A stretch of 64,000 nt of DNA from Pirellulales bacterium (GTDB lineage Bacteria; Planctomycetota; Planctomycetia; Pirellulales; UBA1268), in assembly GCA_016779265.1 (NCBI GenBank), contig JADHNY010000009.1, positions 1,517 to 65,516 on the forward strand, read 5' to 3'. The notes under the pieces were generated by a model. That model was not told the origin of the DNA, did no database searches, and saw nothing but the letters and a program-made list of their open reading frames with translations. Shown piece by piece: positions 49,164-58,936 of this stretch. Both the position numbers and the translations under genes were made by a program. How positions within the stretch are numbered: position 1 is the stretch's first letter; each line of letters opens with the position of its first letter.

Positions 49164-50201
49164 TCAGCCTGCGGTCATCCCGCGAGCAGCTAGCAGGTCA
49201 TCAAAATCACGCAGGTGGTACGACACATTCGCCTTGTCGAGCACTCGGCACAGGCCTCGCAGGGCGATCCCCATGCCGTCTGGGCCGCTCGTGCCGCCAA
49301 ACTGACCGCCCCCACGCACGTGAGGCTCCAGGTCGACAAACACGCCGGGAATACCTCGTCGCTGCAGCCGTTTCTGCAAAGAAGGCAGCATGGTTTTGAG
49401 ATCGGCAAAAATCTTCGCATGGTTTGCCGAACCGCGGTCAGCCGGCACAAAGTTGCTCAGAGCGTCTTCATCGACATGGCCGCCCTTCGCGTTCTTGCTG
49501 CCAGCAGGCCGCTTTGGCGACCGATAATCCTTCACGTGCACCCAGCCCAGGCCGGGCTTCATCGCCTCCCACTGCTTGTAGACCTCAGCGGGCGAGAAGC
49601 CCTGCACAATGAGGTTGGCCGCGTCGAACACAAGCACCAGTGCAGGGTTGTTCACCCGGCGATGAATCTCAGCAAGCAGATGGCCGGTGCGGCCGATCAG
49701 ATTGGCCTCCACTTCAAGGCCGAAGGTCAGATCGGAGCGATGACAGGCATCGGTGATCTGACCGATTTGATCGACGGCCTGTTCGAGATAGTCCTCAGGA
49801 TTGGCATCACGCGGTGGATAGAACGAGAAGCCGCGAATGAGCTTTGTCTCAAACGCGTGTGCTCGCTCGCAGGCTTTGACGACATCCTTGGCGAGATACT
49901 TCTTGAAAGGCACGTAGCGATTCGACGTGCCATCCTCGACGTCAACGAGCTTCACCTTGCCGATCGGCGAAGCGATCGACGCAACGTTCAGGCCGTAGGT
50001 GTCTTCGAGGTGTCGCAGCTCCTGGATTTCTCGCAGCGTGAGATCCATCACGTTTTTCACGCCGCGGCCAAGGTCAACGAACCGCAGGCTGTAGTATTCG
50101 AGCCCGAGTGCGGCCAGCGCCGAGAACTGCTCGACAGCGGTGAGATGAAACGCAGCCTCATCGGCGAGGGCAGAGAGCAGGATTCCACGCGACGTGGCCA
50201 T
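49164..50201 (-). CDS. xylose isomerase-like / AP-endonuclease-2 TIM-barrel metalloenzyme
   Basis: SALADE, ASPIGK, IRGFSFY, LEVE, FDAAN, VHVKD, LEPH metal-ligand pattern. Confidence 0.82.
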   Translation of the reverse strand: MATSRGILLSALADEAAFHLTAVEQFSALAALGLEYYSLRFVDLGRGVKNVMDLTLREIQELRHLEDTYGLNVASIASPIGKVKLVDVEDGTSNRYVPFKKYLAKDVVKACERAHAFETKLIRGFSFYPPRDANPEDYLEQAVDQIGQITDACHRSDLTFGLEVEANLIGRTGHLLAEIHRRVNNPALVLVFDAANLIVQGFSPAEVYKQWEAMKPGLGWVHVKDYRSPKRPAGSKNAKGGHVDEDALSNFVPADRGSANHAKIFADLKTMLPSLQKRLQRRGIPGVFVDLEPHVRGGGQFGGTSGPDGMGIALRGLCRVLDKANVSYHLRDFDDLLAARGMTAG

Positions 50202-50442
50202 TGATTTCTCCAAGGAAGCACGATCAGCAAGTCAAGCAGCGGCAAGAGCCTTGTGTGGCTCCACCGAAGGTGAACATCCTGCCAAAGCAGTACCACCGAC
50301 GTGGGTGGCTCACCCGAAACCGAACACAAGCAGGCAATCCCAGCGCTCCTCTGGTGCACGCGTCTGCCTGCCTCGGGAAAACGCGACCGTCCAGCTTCAG
50401 CATATTGTGGGCCGGGTTGGGGTGTTCTTCAACTGTGACAGC

Positions 50443-50847
50443 TTACGCCGTTGGCCCGAGCGGATCTCCAGCAGGGTGTGACACGAGCAGTTTGGAAGAG
50501 ACCCCACCTCGAGGCGTAAAGACCGCAAGCAGAGTCATCTTCCTCGGCGTGACCACCGCCATCAGATCGTCAAAGATCCGATTGGAGACATGCTCGTAGA
50601 AAATTCCCTGATTGCGAAACGACTGCAGATAGAACTTGAGGCTCTTCAGTTCGACGCACAGTCGATCGGGGACATACCGAAACGTCAGGCATCCGAAGTC
50701 AGGCTGTCCCGTCTTCGGGCAGACCGACGTAAACTCCGGACAGACGATCTCGATCTGATAGTCACGATCGGGAAACTGATTTTCGAACGTCTCCAGCAGG
50801 CTCCGATCAGGGCCTGAGGCGATGTGATCTGAAAAAATGTTGCTCAT
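50443..50847 (-). CDS. queF: preQ0 reductase, monomodular type
   Basis: [34 protein letters not shown]; start at 50847 or 50856. Confidence 0.95.
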   Translation of the reverse strand: MSNIFSDHIASGPDRSLLETFENQFPDRDYQIEIVCPEFTSVCPKTGQPDFGCLTFRYVPDRLCVELKSLKFYLQSFRNQGIFYEHVSNRIFDDLMAVVTPRKMTLLAVFTPRGGVSSKLLVSHPAGDPLGPTA

Positions 50848-50862
50848 GCGAGGCATTGTGCC

Positions 50863-51597
50863 ATGACGTCTGCTGCGAAAGAAGATGGGCCTCCCGCCCC
50901 ACTGAAGACCGCGGTTGTTTTGCTCTCGGGCGGCCTCGACTCCACCACCGCGGCCGCCTGGGCGGCCAGCCAGGGCTGGAGGTTGGCTGCACTCTCGGTG
51001 GACTACGGACAGCGGCACCGGGTTGAACTCGACTGCAGTCGCAGAGTCGCCGCATCCCTCGGAATCACAGATCACGTGATCCTCACGATCGACCTCGCTG
51101 CCTTCGGGGGTAGCAGCCTGACCGACTCTTCAGACACGGTACCGAAAGGCCGCACCGCCCACGCGATCGGCGAAGGCATTCCCTCCACCTATGTACCGGC
51201 CCGCAACACGGTACTGCTGTCTCTCGCCCTCGCCATGGCAGAGACGAGGCAGGCTGAAGCGATCGTGATTGGTGTCAACGCACTCGACTACAGCGGCTAC
51301 CCGGACTGTCGCCCCGAGTTCATTGACGCGTACAGAAAACTCGCCGCACTCGCCACTAAGGTGGGTGTGGAGGGCAACCCGATCGACATCCTTGCCCCAC
51401 TGCAACACCTCACCAAAGCGGAGATCATCCGCCTCGGCTGCTCACTCGGCGTCGACTACGGCCAGACCACCAGCTGCTACGATCCGCATGCCGATGGACG
51501 CCCCTGCGGCAGCTGCGATGCCTGCCTGCTGCGTGCCAACGGCTTCGCAGCTGTAGGGGTGCGTGATCCCGCGGTCACACCACGTGTTGAAGACTGA
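50863..51597 (+). CDS. queC: 7-cyano-7-deazaguanine synthase
   Basis: [37 protein letters not shown]...CGSCDAC. Confidence 0.97.
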   Translation: MTSAAKEDGPPAPLKTAVVLLSGGLDSTTAAAWAASQGWRLAALSVDYGQRHRVELDCSRRVAASLGITDHVILTIDLAAFGGSSLTDSSDTVPKGRTAHAIGEGIPSTYVPARNTVLLSLALAMAETRQAEAIVIGVNALDYSGYPDCRPEFIDAYRKLAALATKVGVEGNPIDILAPLQHLTKAEIIRLGCSLGVDYGQTTSCYDPHADGRPCGSCDACLLRANGFAAVGVRDPAVTPRVED

Positions 51598-51608
51598 GGA
51601 GCTCCGCG

Positions 51609-52319
51609 GTGAAGGTTGCCGAACTCTACCGGTCGCTCCAGGGCGAGGGCCTCCTCGCAGGCACACCGAGCACATTCCTCAGAACCAGCGGTTGTAATCT
51701 CCGCTGCCGCTGGTGCGACACTCCGTTCACGTCCTGGGAGCCCACCGGTGACGAACGTTCTGTCGGCGAGGTCGTTGAGGAGATCGCTGCGCTGGGCTGC
51801 CGGCATGTGGTGGTCACCGGCGGTGAGCCCCTGCTGTTTGTGGAGGTGATGCGGGTCTGCGAGCAGCTGCGAGCAACTGGCGAGCATGTCACGATCGAAA
51901 CTGCTGGCACCGTGTTGCCGCCGGAGATTCCTGCCGCTGAGCTCGCGGACCTCTTCTCGATCAGCCCGAAACTCGCCTCCTCTGCACCGCCGCCCGACAC
52001 GCCAGGAGACTGGCACCGACGACACGAAGCCGCCCGCCGCCGAGATGACATCGTCGCCACCTTGCTTACCGCGGCCAACTATCAGCTGAAGTTTGTGATC
52101 GACCGCCGAGACGACCTCGACGAGGTCCAGCAGTGGCTCAACGACATTGATCGGCAAGTCCATGTCGACCGCAGTCGTGTGTTCCTGATGCCTCAGGGCG
52201 TTCGCGAAGACGACCTGGCCGAGACGGCCCGCTGGCTTCAGCCCGCCTGCCAGGCCCACGGCTTTCGATTCGCTCCGCGGCACCACCTCAGCTGGTACGG
52301 CCACACCCGCGGCACCTGA
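51609..52319 (+). CDS. queE: 7-carboxy-7-deazaguanine synthase (radical SAM)
   Basis: SLQGEG, RTSGCNLRCRWCDT, TGGEP, IETAG, SISPK, LKFV. Confidence 0.94.
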   Translation: MKVAELYRSLQGEGLLAGTPSTFLRTSGCNLRCRWCDTPFTSWEPTGDERSVGEVVEEIAALGCRHVVVTGGEPLLFVEVMRVCEQLRATGEHVTIETAGTVLPPEIPAAELADLFSISPKLASSAPPPDTPGDWHRRHEAARRRDDIVATLLTAANYQLKFVIDRRDDLDEVQQWLNDIDRQVHVDRSRVFLMPQGVREDDLAETARWLQPACQAHGFRFAPRHHLSWYGHTRGT

Positions 52320-52334
52320 ACTGCCGTTGCGCAC

Positions 52335-53402
52335 TTAGGCCGGCTTCGGCTTGGCATGACCACGCGGCCCAAACACGAGCACGGTCGCAGCTCCCACGGC
52401 GACAACGAGCAGGCCCGCGTAGAAGATCGGGCTGATCGCCGACATCGACGTGCCGCTGGTCACGAGGGAAACGAGCGTGTTGATCACCGGTGCGAGGCCA
52501 AACACGACCGGCATCACGGTGAACGGCTTGCCGCCGAAGTTGAAGGCGAGCACGATCCCCAAGGCACCCATCGCCCCAAGTGCACCGCCAGCGAGGCTCC
52601 AGATGCTCCCGGTCACATCCCAGGTGCCTGTGTCACCCATCGGCCCGATCAACGCGAGCGGCACGAGTACCGCGATCAAAAAGTACGACACGCCAATGCA
52701 GATCAGCGGCCGCAGACGGCTGCCACCCATCGCCGACTGCCCCTTGTGCAGCACCGAACCGTAGGCTCCCCAGCACGTCAGAGCCATCACTGTCGACAAC
52801 AGGATTTCCAAAAAGCGTTCACTTCCCGCTTGAGCGGCCGCCACCAGCGAGGGCTTCGGCTCTTCTGCAGCCTCGTTCGCAGCCTCCCCGTCGGCAGCTT
52901 CCGTCTCAGCAACTCCAGCTGCCACGACCTCAGGCTTGGGCTGAGGCTGTGGCTTAAAGACGAGCACGGTCACCGCCCCAGAGATCACCAGGATCAGTCC
53001 GGCGAGGAAAGGAGCCTTGATCTGATTAAAGGCGTTGTTCATCGCTGCAGTCAGCAGCGTATTGACGACTGGCGCACCGCCAAACACCAGCGGCATCACA
53101 TAGATCGGCTTTCCGCCAAACGACAAAGCCAGGATCACACCGAGCGCTCCCACCGCCCCCGCTGCTCCGGAGAACAGGCTCCAGGCCACGCCCGTCGTCG
53201 TCCATGCCCCCTTCTCGCCGGTCCGAAACAAGACGGCCAGCGGAGCCAGGACGGCGATCACAAAGTAGGACACGCCCACGCAGACAAACGGCCGCAGTGC
53301 CGAGTGCATCAGTTCGCGGCCGTGGTGAAGCGTTGGGCCATACATGCCCCAGCAGGCAGCGGTCATGGCAATCGCGGCGAGCATGCCAACGAGACCCATC
53401 AT
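52335..53402 (-). CDS. internally duplicated multi-TM protein, DMT/EamA-like
   Basis: Two homologous halves (CWG.YG..LH.G...LRP..C.GVSYF.IAVL.P...GGKP..VMP.VFG.APV.NTL) joined by an acidic linker; AAGGA RBS. Confidence 0.78.
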   Translation of the reverse strand: MMGLVGMLAAIAMTAACWGMYGPTLHHGRELMHSALRPFVCVGVSYFVIAVLAPLAVLFRTGEKGAWTTTGVAWSLFSGAAGAVGALGVILALSFGGKPIYVMPLVFGGAPVVNTLLTAAMNNAFNQIKAPFLAGLILVISGAVTVLVFKPQPQPKPEVVAAGVAETEAADGEAANEAAEEPKPSLVAAAQAGSERFLEILLSTVMALTCWGAYGSVLHKGQSAMGGSRLRPLICIGVSYFLIAVLVPLALIGPMGDTGTWDVTGSIWSLAGGALGAMGALGIVLAFNFGGKPFTVMPVVFGLAPVINTLVSLVTSGTSMSAISPIFYAGLLVVAVGAATVLVFGPRGHAKPKPA

Positions 53403-53423
53403 GGTGAGTGTCCTTATGGAAGT

Positions 53424-53466
53424 GGTGGGGGTGGGAGAAGGTGAGGGTGGGGGTGGGAGCAGGTGA
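53424..53466. repeat. G-rich 22-bp-period direct repeat
   Basis: ggtgggggtgggagaaggtga / ggtgggggtgggagcaggtga. Confidence 0.8.
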
Positions 53467-53499
53467 AGAAGGTGGAGTGACAGTGGGCGAACGGCGGCC

Positions 53500-54600
53500 T
53501 CAGGCGACCCGCGACACCGTCGGGGCCGCTGCAAGCTGCAGCATCGCCTGCCCCACATCTTCAACGGAAAGCAGCCGCATGCAATCGTGGTGGCCAAGTG
53601 GGCAGGTCCGCCGGCCACACGGGGAGCAGGGAAGGTCTCGCCGCATTTCCAGCAGTGACGCATGTTCGGAGCGACTCAGCCGAGGATCCATCGGGCCGTG
53701 CAGGACAATCGTGGGGCGATCAAAGGCGGCCGCAATATGCCGGGGACCACTATCGGTGCTAACCACCACAGTGGCTCGGCGGATCACCGCTTTGGCGAGG
53801 CCGAAGGGAAGATCGTCCTCCTCGGCGAGGCTGGCCACATGCGGTGAGCCTGCCAGCGACACGAGTTTTCTCGCCTCATCTCGGTCGCCCGGGCCACAGT
53901 GGACCAGCACCCGGGCCCCAGGCATGCGTTTTAGAGCGAAGCCCGCCAGGGCGGCAAATCGCTCGGTGCCCCACGACTTCGCAGGCCCATAGGCACCGTT
54001 ATCGTTGAAGACCACCAGCGGTCCATCGGTGCCCGCATTCCAGCCAGGGAAGCACCTCTGCAGCACGGCTTCGCCGAGCGCCTCATCCTCCTGGGTTGTG
54101 GCCAGTTCGAGACGCAGCGGGCCTGGCGGCACTCCCAGACGCTCAGCAAGCCTCATGGCATGCTCCGCCGTTGATGCTGGCTCGATTCGCAGGCCTTGCC
54201 TGGGTGGGGCGAGGGGATCGGTCAGAAGCCACCGTCGCCAGTGGCGGGCGATGCCAATCCGCCGCTTGCCTCTGGCTGCAAAAGCGAGCATGCCTGACGA
54301 GAGTGAGTTCGGCACGAGCAGGATCGCATCGGGCCGATCTTCACGGAGCTGGCGAGCAACAGCCCGAAAACGGTGTTCAGGCCGACGGCTGCGACGATCG
54401 TAGGGCAACACCCTGTCGAGCCATCCAGTGCCCTCAAGCAGACCGGCCAGCGGCGGCTTCATCACGCCGGTGATCCGCGTATGACCAGCGGCTCGCGACT
54501 CGGCAAAGTGCTCGGCGAGCGACCGCAGCATCGGGGTACTCATCACAAGATCGCCAACCCAGCGGGGCAAGACGACAACAATGTGGGCGGGAGCAGTCAT
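53500..54600 (-). CDS. waaF: GT9 glycosyltransferase, LPS heptosyltransferase II-like
   Basis: PRWVGDLVMSTP, GAYGPAKSW, STDSGPRHIAAA, CSPC....CPLGHHDCM. Confidence 0.85.
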   Translation of the reverse strand: MTAPAHIVVVLPRWVGDLVMSTPMLRSLAEHFAESRAAGHTRITGVMKPPLAGLLEGTGWLDRVLPYDRRSRRPEHRFRAVARQLREDRPDAILLVPNSLSSGMLAFAARGKRRIGIARHWRRWLLTDPLAPPRQGLRIEPASTAEHAMRLAERLGVPPGPLRLELATTQEDEALGEAVLQRCFPGWNAGTDGPLVVFNDNGAYGPAKSWGTERFAALAGFALKRMPGARVLVHCGPGDRDEARKLVSLAGSPHVASLAEEDDLPFGLAKAVIRRATVVVSTDSGPRHIAAAFDRPTIVLHGPMDPRLSRSEHASLLEMRRDLPCSPCGRRTCPLGHHDCMRLLSVEDVGQAMLQLAAAPTVSRVA

Positions 54601-54663
54601 CGCTGCACCGTACCCTCACTGGCGGAAAACAGGCAACGCCAGCGTTCGGTAGAGGCTGGGTTC

Positions 54664-57600
54664 TCAGCGAGGTCGCTCACCAATCCCCGCTCGCTGCACC
54701 GCAACCACGCCGGCAACCACGGCCGTCAGAAACATCAGCCCTGCCACACCGAAGATCGCACTCGTAGGCAGCGTTGCCCGTCCAGCCTCGAGCGCGGGCC
54801 AGAGGGCGATCATGCCGCAGGCTCCTCCCACCGCCAGGCCCGCGACCACCAGCAGCAGCTGCTCGGAGATCACCAGCCGACGCAGCCGCGATTGCGAAAA
54901 ACCGATTGCTCGCAAGACCGAGAACGCCTGCCGTCGCTCAAACACACCCTGCATCGCCACTGCTGCGATTCCCGCGGTGCCCAAGAGCAGGCCCAGCCCA
55001 CCCAACGCCTGAAAGCCCGCCAGAAACGTATTCTGGACAGCATAGAGACTGGCGAGCCGATCACGAGCCATTTCAACGGAAACGCCGTCATCTCCCCAGG
55101 CCACCTGGAGCGTTTCCAGCACAGGCTCGACGGGGCCGTCGGTCGCCACCATCGCCATTCGGTAACCGCTCTGGTCTGGAAATGCCCGCGTAAAGTCGTC
55201 CTCAGCAACGAGCACCCAGCCCTGCATGATGCCCGGGGCGAGCAGTCCCACAATCTCAAACGTCTGCGGCTTTCCATCGTCACCGGGCAGGGTGAAACGA
55301 TCCCCAACTCCGCCGAGTTTCAACGCCCACATCGCCGTCGACTCATCAAGGATCGCCGGGATGGCGTCGGTGGCGGGCTTCTTCAGCAGCGTCCATGGGT
55401 TGGTTTCACCAGCAGGTAGGTCCACGTGCCCGGTGAACTGAAAGCCCCCGCGTTCCACCCACACCTCTGGCAGGCCGATCACCGTGGGCCGCAGCGTGGC
55501 GTAGAGGTTCGTACAGTCAGCAGCATCACCGCTGCTTGCCCGCAGGCGGGCGATCTGACACGACTCCAGCGGCTCCACTTCATCGCCGGAAAGCCCAAGC
55601 TCCTCTTGGGCCACGGGGTCAAGCGGGTCGACCCCAGTCGGTCGACTGAACGACACGAGCATGCCCCAGCCGCCTGTAGGCGACCCACGCTCCTCGAGGT
55701 CGTTAGGCACTCGCAGCGAGAATGACGACACCGCCACGAGCAGAAAACTCGCCACAGCCAGCATCGAGACCACCACAAACGTTCGCGATGCCTGTTGCTG
55801 CAGGCCACCGATCGCGACGGCCAACAGGCTTCGCTGTGGTCGCTCACGCCGCGGAGCCGCGTTGAGCCAAATCTTGACCAAGGCCAGCATGCCGATGAGC
55901 GTCAGTCCGCCGGCTGCGAAGAAGCCTCCCACGGCAGCGGCAGCAGAGGCTTGGCGACTCACCGCCGCCACCACACCTGCCGAAAGAATGCCGATCACCG
56001 CCAAGCCCTTGCGGACCAGGCCCGAGTTTTCAGCCTGCGGGACGGTCCGGCTTGCCTGCCAGAGACCGCGGAGCAGTGGCAGCGGAGGACGAGCCGCCGC
56101 TCGGGCTGCCCCTTGGCGAATCGCTACAGCCGACACAAGGATCGCGGACATCGCCCCGAGCACCACACTGGTGATACCCGGGAGTGATGCTGAAAACGCC
56201 GAGGAGGATCCAGCGGCCACGCTCGTATTCCAGGCAGTCGCCAAGCCACGGAGCAACGCGGCTGACCAGAAAGGCCCCACCGCTGCCCCAATCAGAATTC
56301 CGACGACAGCTGCAATACCGCCTACCAGCATCAGCAGTCGGGCGAGCCGCCGTGGAGCAAAACCGATGGCCGCCAGCAGCCCCACCTCCGTCTGTCGCGT
56401 AGTCACCAGCAGCCCCAGCAGCAGCCACATCAGGAGCAGCCCTGCCGCTACCACAAAACTCGACAGGGCAACAAACAGCCCACCAAAGGGAGTGGAACCG
56501 CGTGCCGCCTGGAGGGCGTCCTCACGCACCGGCAAGACACGAACACCCATTGCAGCGGGGTCGATCGCAGCCGCCAGTTCCGCTGCGAGCGTCTCCCGAT
56601 CAAGGCCCGCAGCAGGCAGATGCCACGCTGTCGTTTGACCAAAACGGCCTGCGGCAATCCTGCGGGCATCCTGCAGACTGACAAACGCCTTTGGTGTGGC
56701 GGCATACGTCTTCCAGTAACGGTCGTCCTGATCGTTGGGCGGTGATGACCGCACCCGCGAGGCGTCGAAAGGGAAGGGGGGATCCCAGTCGGCAATGGAG
56801 TCTTCATCCGTCACGCCAGCCACTTCCGGCACCAGATCCCTCGCTAGGCCGCCGCCCTCCATCTCCACGACCCCTGTGACCGTGAAGGTGTCGCTTCGTT
56901 CCTGGACCTGACCGTGGAGCGTTTCTGGCTCAAACGACCGTACCGTCAGCGTCGATCCCGGCCCCACCGGTGTCCCCTGGGCGGCCAAGTCATCAGCCAT
57001 CCAACGGTTGACGAGTATCGAACCAGGCTCAAGCGCGAGCGGCTGCTCATCTCGACTGCGGAGATCGCCATTGGGCAAATGCGTACTGGGCACACCCGCC
57101 AGGGTGGAGTAGGGGATCGATCCGGCTGGAAGCTCGCCGCTACCGGCAGCGGCTGCGGTATCGATTGAAGTGGCCAAAAAAATCAGCGAGGGACTCCCCC
57201 CGTGAGCCGTGAGCACTTCAGCCGCCGCTCGATCCGCTTCTGCGGAGAGAATCAGTCGCTCACTTGTGAGCCGGAGCGTGCGTCCTTCCGCGACGGGCTC
57301 AAGCACGAGGCCGTAGTCCGCCAGCTGCGGAGCGAGGCTCGCCCGAATCTGGTCGACGCTCGAACCGCTGCCCGACCCGGCAGGATCTGCTCCCGGCTCT
57401 GCTACTGGGCCAGCGACCGCAAAGATCGCATTCGCCACGTCATCGCTCTCAAGGATTGCTTGCGCGACTGCCAGCGACGTGACCACCAGTGCGTCAGTGA
57501 CCTGAACTGGCCGCAGCGAAAAGCGGCTGATGCCCTCCGCTGGCAGCAGCCGAGTGTTTTCCAAACGTCGTCCGTTGGTGGCCAGGCTGCGGCGGCCCAA

Positions 57601-58134
57601 CGGACTGTCGGCCGGAGCAGCAGAACGCTCGGGGATACGCACGATGAGTGGCTCACCGGCACCCGCGTCCAGGCTCGCTGCGAGCGGCGGGTTGACCGCT
57701 GCAGTCGTGTCGTCGATCGGTTCGGTGGTTGGTGAAAACCCGAGCGCCGCTGGGTCATCACACGCGAGCAGCGTCGCCCGGCGACTGAGCCGAGGTCGTC
57801 CAGCAGAGGCAGGGCGATCCACGATCACGTCGAGCACCAACGCCGGCACCAGCTGCATCCCAGGACCAACAGCAGCGGCGAGCTCCTCCGCGAGCTGCTC
57901 ACGGAAAAAGCCTTCCCCCACGATCGCCGCGTCAATGCGTCCCAAACGGCTCAAAGCCAGGGTGGCGAGCCCGTTTCGCATGCTCTCGCCAACACCTACT
58001 GCGCCCACGATCGTGGCGGCGACGATACCGCAGGCCGCCGCAAGGGCGGCAACGGGCCGTGCCCACTGTCGTGTAAGGCGAACAGCCAAGCCAGCCAAAC
58101 TGTGAAGGGCCGCACCGCCCCGCGAGTCGCTCAT
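54664..58134 (-). CDS. large duplicated FtsX/MacB-like ABC transporter permease
   Basis: 1156 aa; two MacB-type modules each ending in R..E.G.L.AIGF-like loops (RQTEVGLLAAIGF, RRQAFSVLRAIGF) with large periplasmic domains. Confidence 0.88.
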   Translation of the reverse strand: MSDSRGGAALHSLAGLAVRLTRQWARPVAALAAACGIVAATIVGAVGVGESMRNGLATLALSRLGRIDAAIVGEGFFREQLAEELAAAVGPGMQLVPALVLDVIVDRPASAGRPRLSRRATLLACDDPAALGFSPTTEPIDDTTAAVNPPLAASLDAGAGEPLIVRIPERSAAPADSPLGRRSLATNGRRLENTRLLPAEGISRFSLRPVQVTDALVVTSLAVAQAILESDDVANAIFAVAGPVAEPGADPAGSGSGSSVDQIRASLAPQLADYGLVLEPVAEGRTLRLTSERLILSAEADRAAAEVLTAHGGSPSLIFLATSIDTAAAAGSGELPAGSIPYSTLAGVPSTHLPNGDLRSRDEQPLALEPGSILVNRWMADDLAAQGTPVGPGSTLTVRSFEPETLHGQVQERSDTFTVTGVVEMEGGGLARDLVPEVAGVTDEDSIADWDPPFPFDASRVRSSPPNDQDDRYWKTYAATPKAFVSLQDARRIAAGRFGQTTAWHLPAAGLDRETLAAELAAAIDPAAMGVRVLPVREDALQAARGSTPFGGLFVALSSFVVAAGLLLMWLLLGLLVTTRQTEVGLLAAIGFAPRRLARLLMLVGGIAAVVGILIGAAVGPFWSAALLRGLATAWNTSVAAGSSSAFSASLPGITSVVLGAMSAILVSAVAIRQGAARAAARPPLPLLRGLWQASRTVPQAENSGLVRKGLAVIGILSAGVVAAVSRQASAAAAVGGFFAAGGLTLIGMLALVKIWLNAAPRRERPQRSLLAVAIGGLQQQASRTFVVVSMLAVASFLLVAVSSFSLRVPNDLEERGSPTGGWGMLVSFSRPTGVDPLDPVAQEELGLSGDEVEPLESCQIARLRASSGDAADCTNLYATLRPTVIGLPEVWVERGGFQFTGHVDLPAGETNPWTLLKKPATDAIPAILDESTAMWALKLGGVGDRFTLPGDDGKPQTFEIVGLLAPGIMQGWVLVAEDDFTRAFPDQSGYRMAMVATDGPVEPVLETLQVAWGDDGVSVEMARDRLASLYAVQNTFLAGFQALGGLGLLLGTAGIAAVAMQGVFERRQAFSVLRAIGFSQSRLRRLVISEQLLLVVAGLAVGGACGMIALWPALEAGRATLPTSAIFGVAGLMFLTAVVAGVVAVQRAGIGERPR

Positions 58135-58793
58135 TGCAGCACGCCGTCGACCAGCTGTCGCACGGTTCCGACCCGAGAGGCAAGTCGCTCGGCATGCGTC
58201 ACCACGACCAGCATGCCCCCAGCCTCATTGGTGATTTCCACCAGCAGATCCGTCACGCTGTCTGCGGTGTGTGAATCGAGCTGGCCGGTCGGCTCGTCCG
58301 CCAGGAGCAGGCGTGGGCCGAGAAGCATGGCTCGGGCCACCGCGACCCGCTGCCGCTCCCCACCGGAGAGTTCACCCGGCAGATGACCGGCCCGTTCTGA
58401 GAGGCCGACCCGCCTCAGCAGTTCACGGCCCCGCTGCTCTTGCGTTTCGGTGACGCGGCCGCTCGCCAAGGCTGGGAGCACCACATTGTCGAGCGCCGTG
58501 CAGCCAGGGAGCAGCTGATGCTCCTGAAACACGAAGCCGACTTCACGATTGCGAAAAGCCGCCCTTTCGGCAGCACCTCCGGCGTAGGGATCGATGCCAT
58601 CGAGGCGGATGGTACCGTCGCTGGGCACCTCAAGCCCTCCCAACATTGCCAGTAGCGTGCTCTTGCCAGAACCGCTGGGGCCCATGATCGCGAGCGTCTG
58701 CCCTGGCTCAACCTGAAACGAGACGTCTCGCACAACGTGCAGATCGCCTCCAGGAGCTGGATACCGTTTGGAGAGGTGAGCAACGTCGAGCAT
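58131..58793 (-). CDS. ABC transporter ATP-binding protein (LolD/MacB-like)
   Basis: GPSGSGKST, GFVFQ, LSGGERQRVAVARA, LADEPTG; 4-nt overlap with the permease. Confidence 0.95.
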   Translation of the reverse strand: MLDVAHLSKRYPAPGGDLHVVRDVSFQVEPGQTLAIMGPSGSGKSTLLAMLGGLEVPSDGTIRLDGIDPYAGGAAERAAFRNREVGFVFQEHQLLPGCTALDNVVLPALASGRVTETQEQRGRELLRRVGLSERAGHLPGELSGGERQRVAVARAMLLGPRLLLADEPTGQLDSHTADSVTDLLVEITNEAGGMLVVVTHAERLASRVGTVRQLVDGVLQ

Positions 58794-58839
58794 GGGCGGC
58801 AGACCTTTGAGAAGACAACAGCCTAACGCGACGAAGCCG

Positions 58840-58874
58840 CTTCACCCAAAAACAGGCCCCTTCACCCAAAACAG
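58840..58874. repeat. 20-bp-period direct repeat
   Basis: cttcacccaaaaacag / cttcacccaaaacag. Confidence 0.75.
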
Positions 58875-58936
58875 ATCTCACCGCAGCAGCATGACTCGCA
58901 TCGGCCGACGCCGTTTGGCTGTCAGCTGCTGGTGAG

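Noticed and set aside
50202-50442. Riboswitch (preQ1, cobalamin, purine) in this or other leaders
   Set aside because: No recognisable conserved cores by eye; an Infernal/Rfam scan would be needed to exclude them.
50857-51075. N-terminal extension of QueF (210-aa ORF)
   Set aside because: Overlaps queC antisense; not a bimodular QueF.
50443-52319. que genes as a dpd 7-deazaguanine DNA-modification system
   Set aside because: No dpdA/tgtA5 or other dpd genes; the presence of queF points to ordinary tRNA queuosine synthesis.
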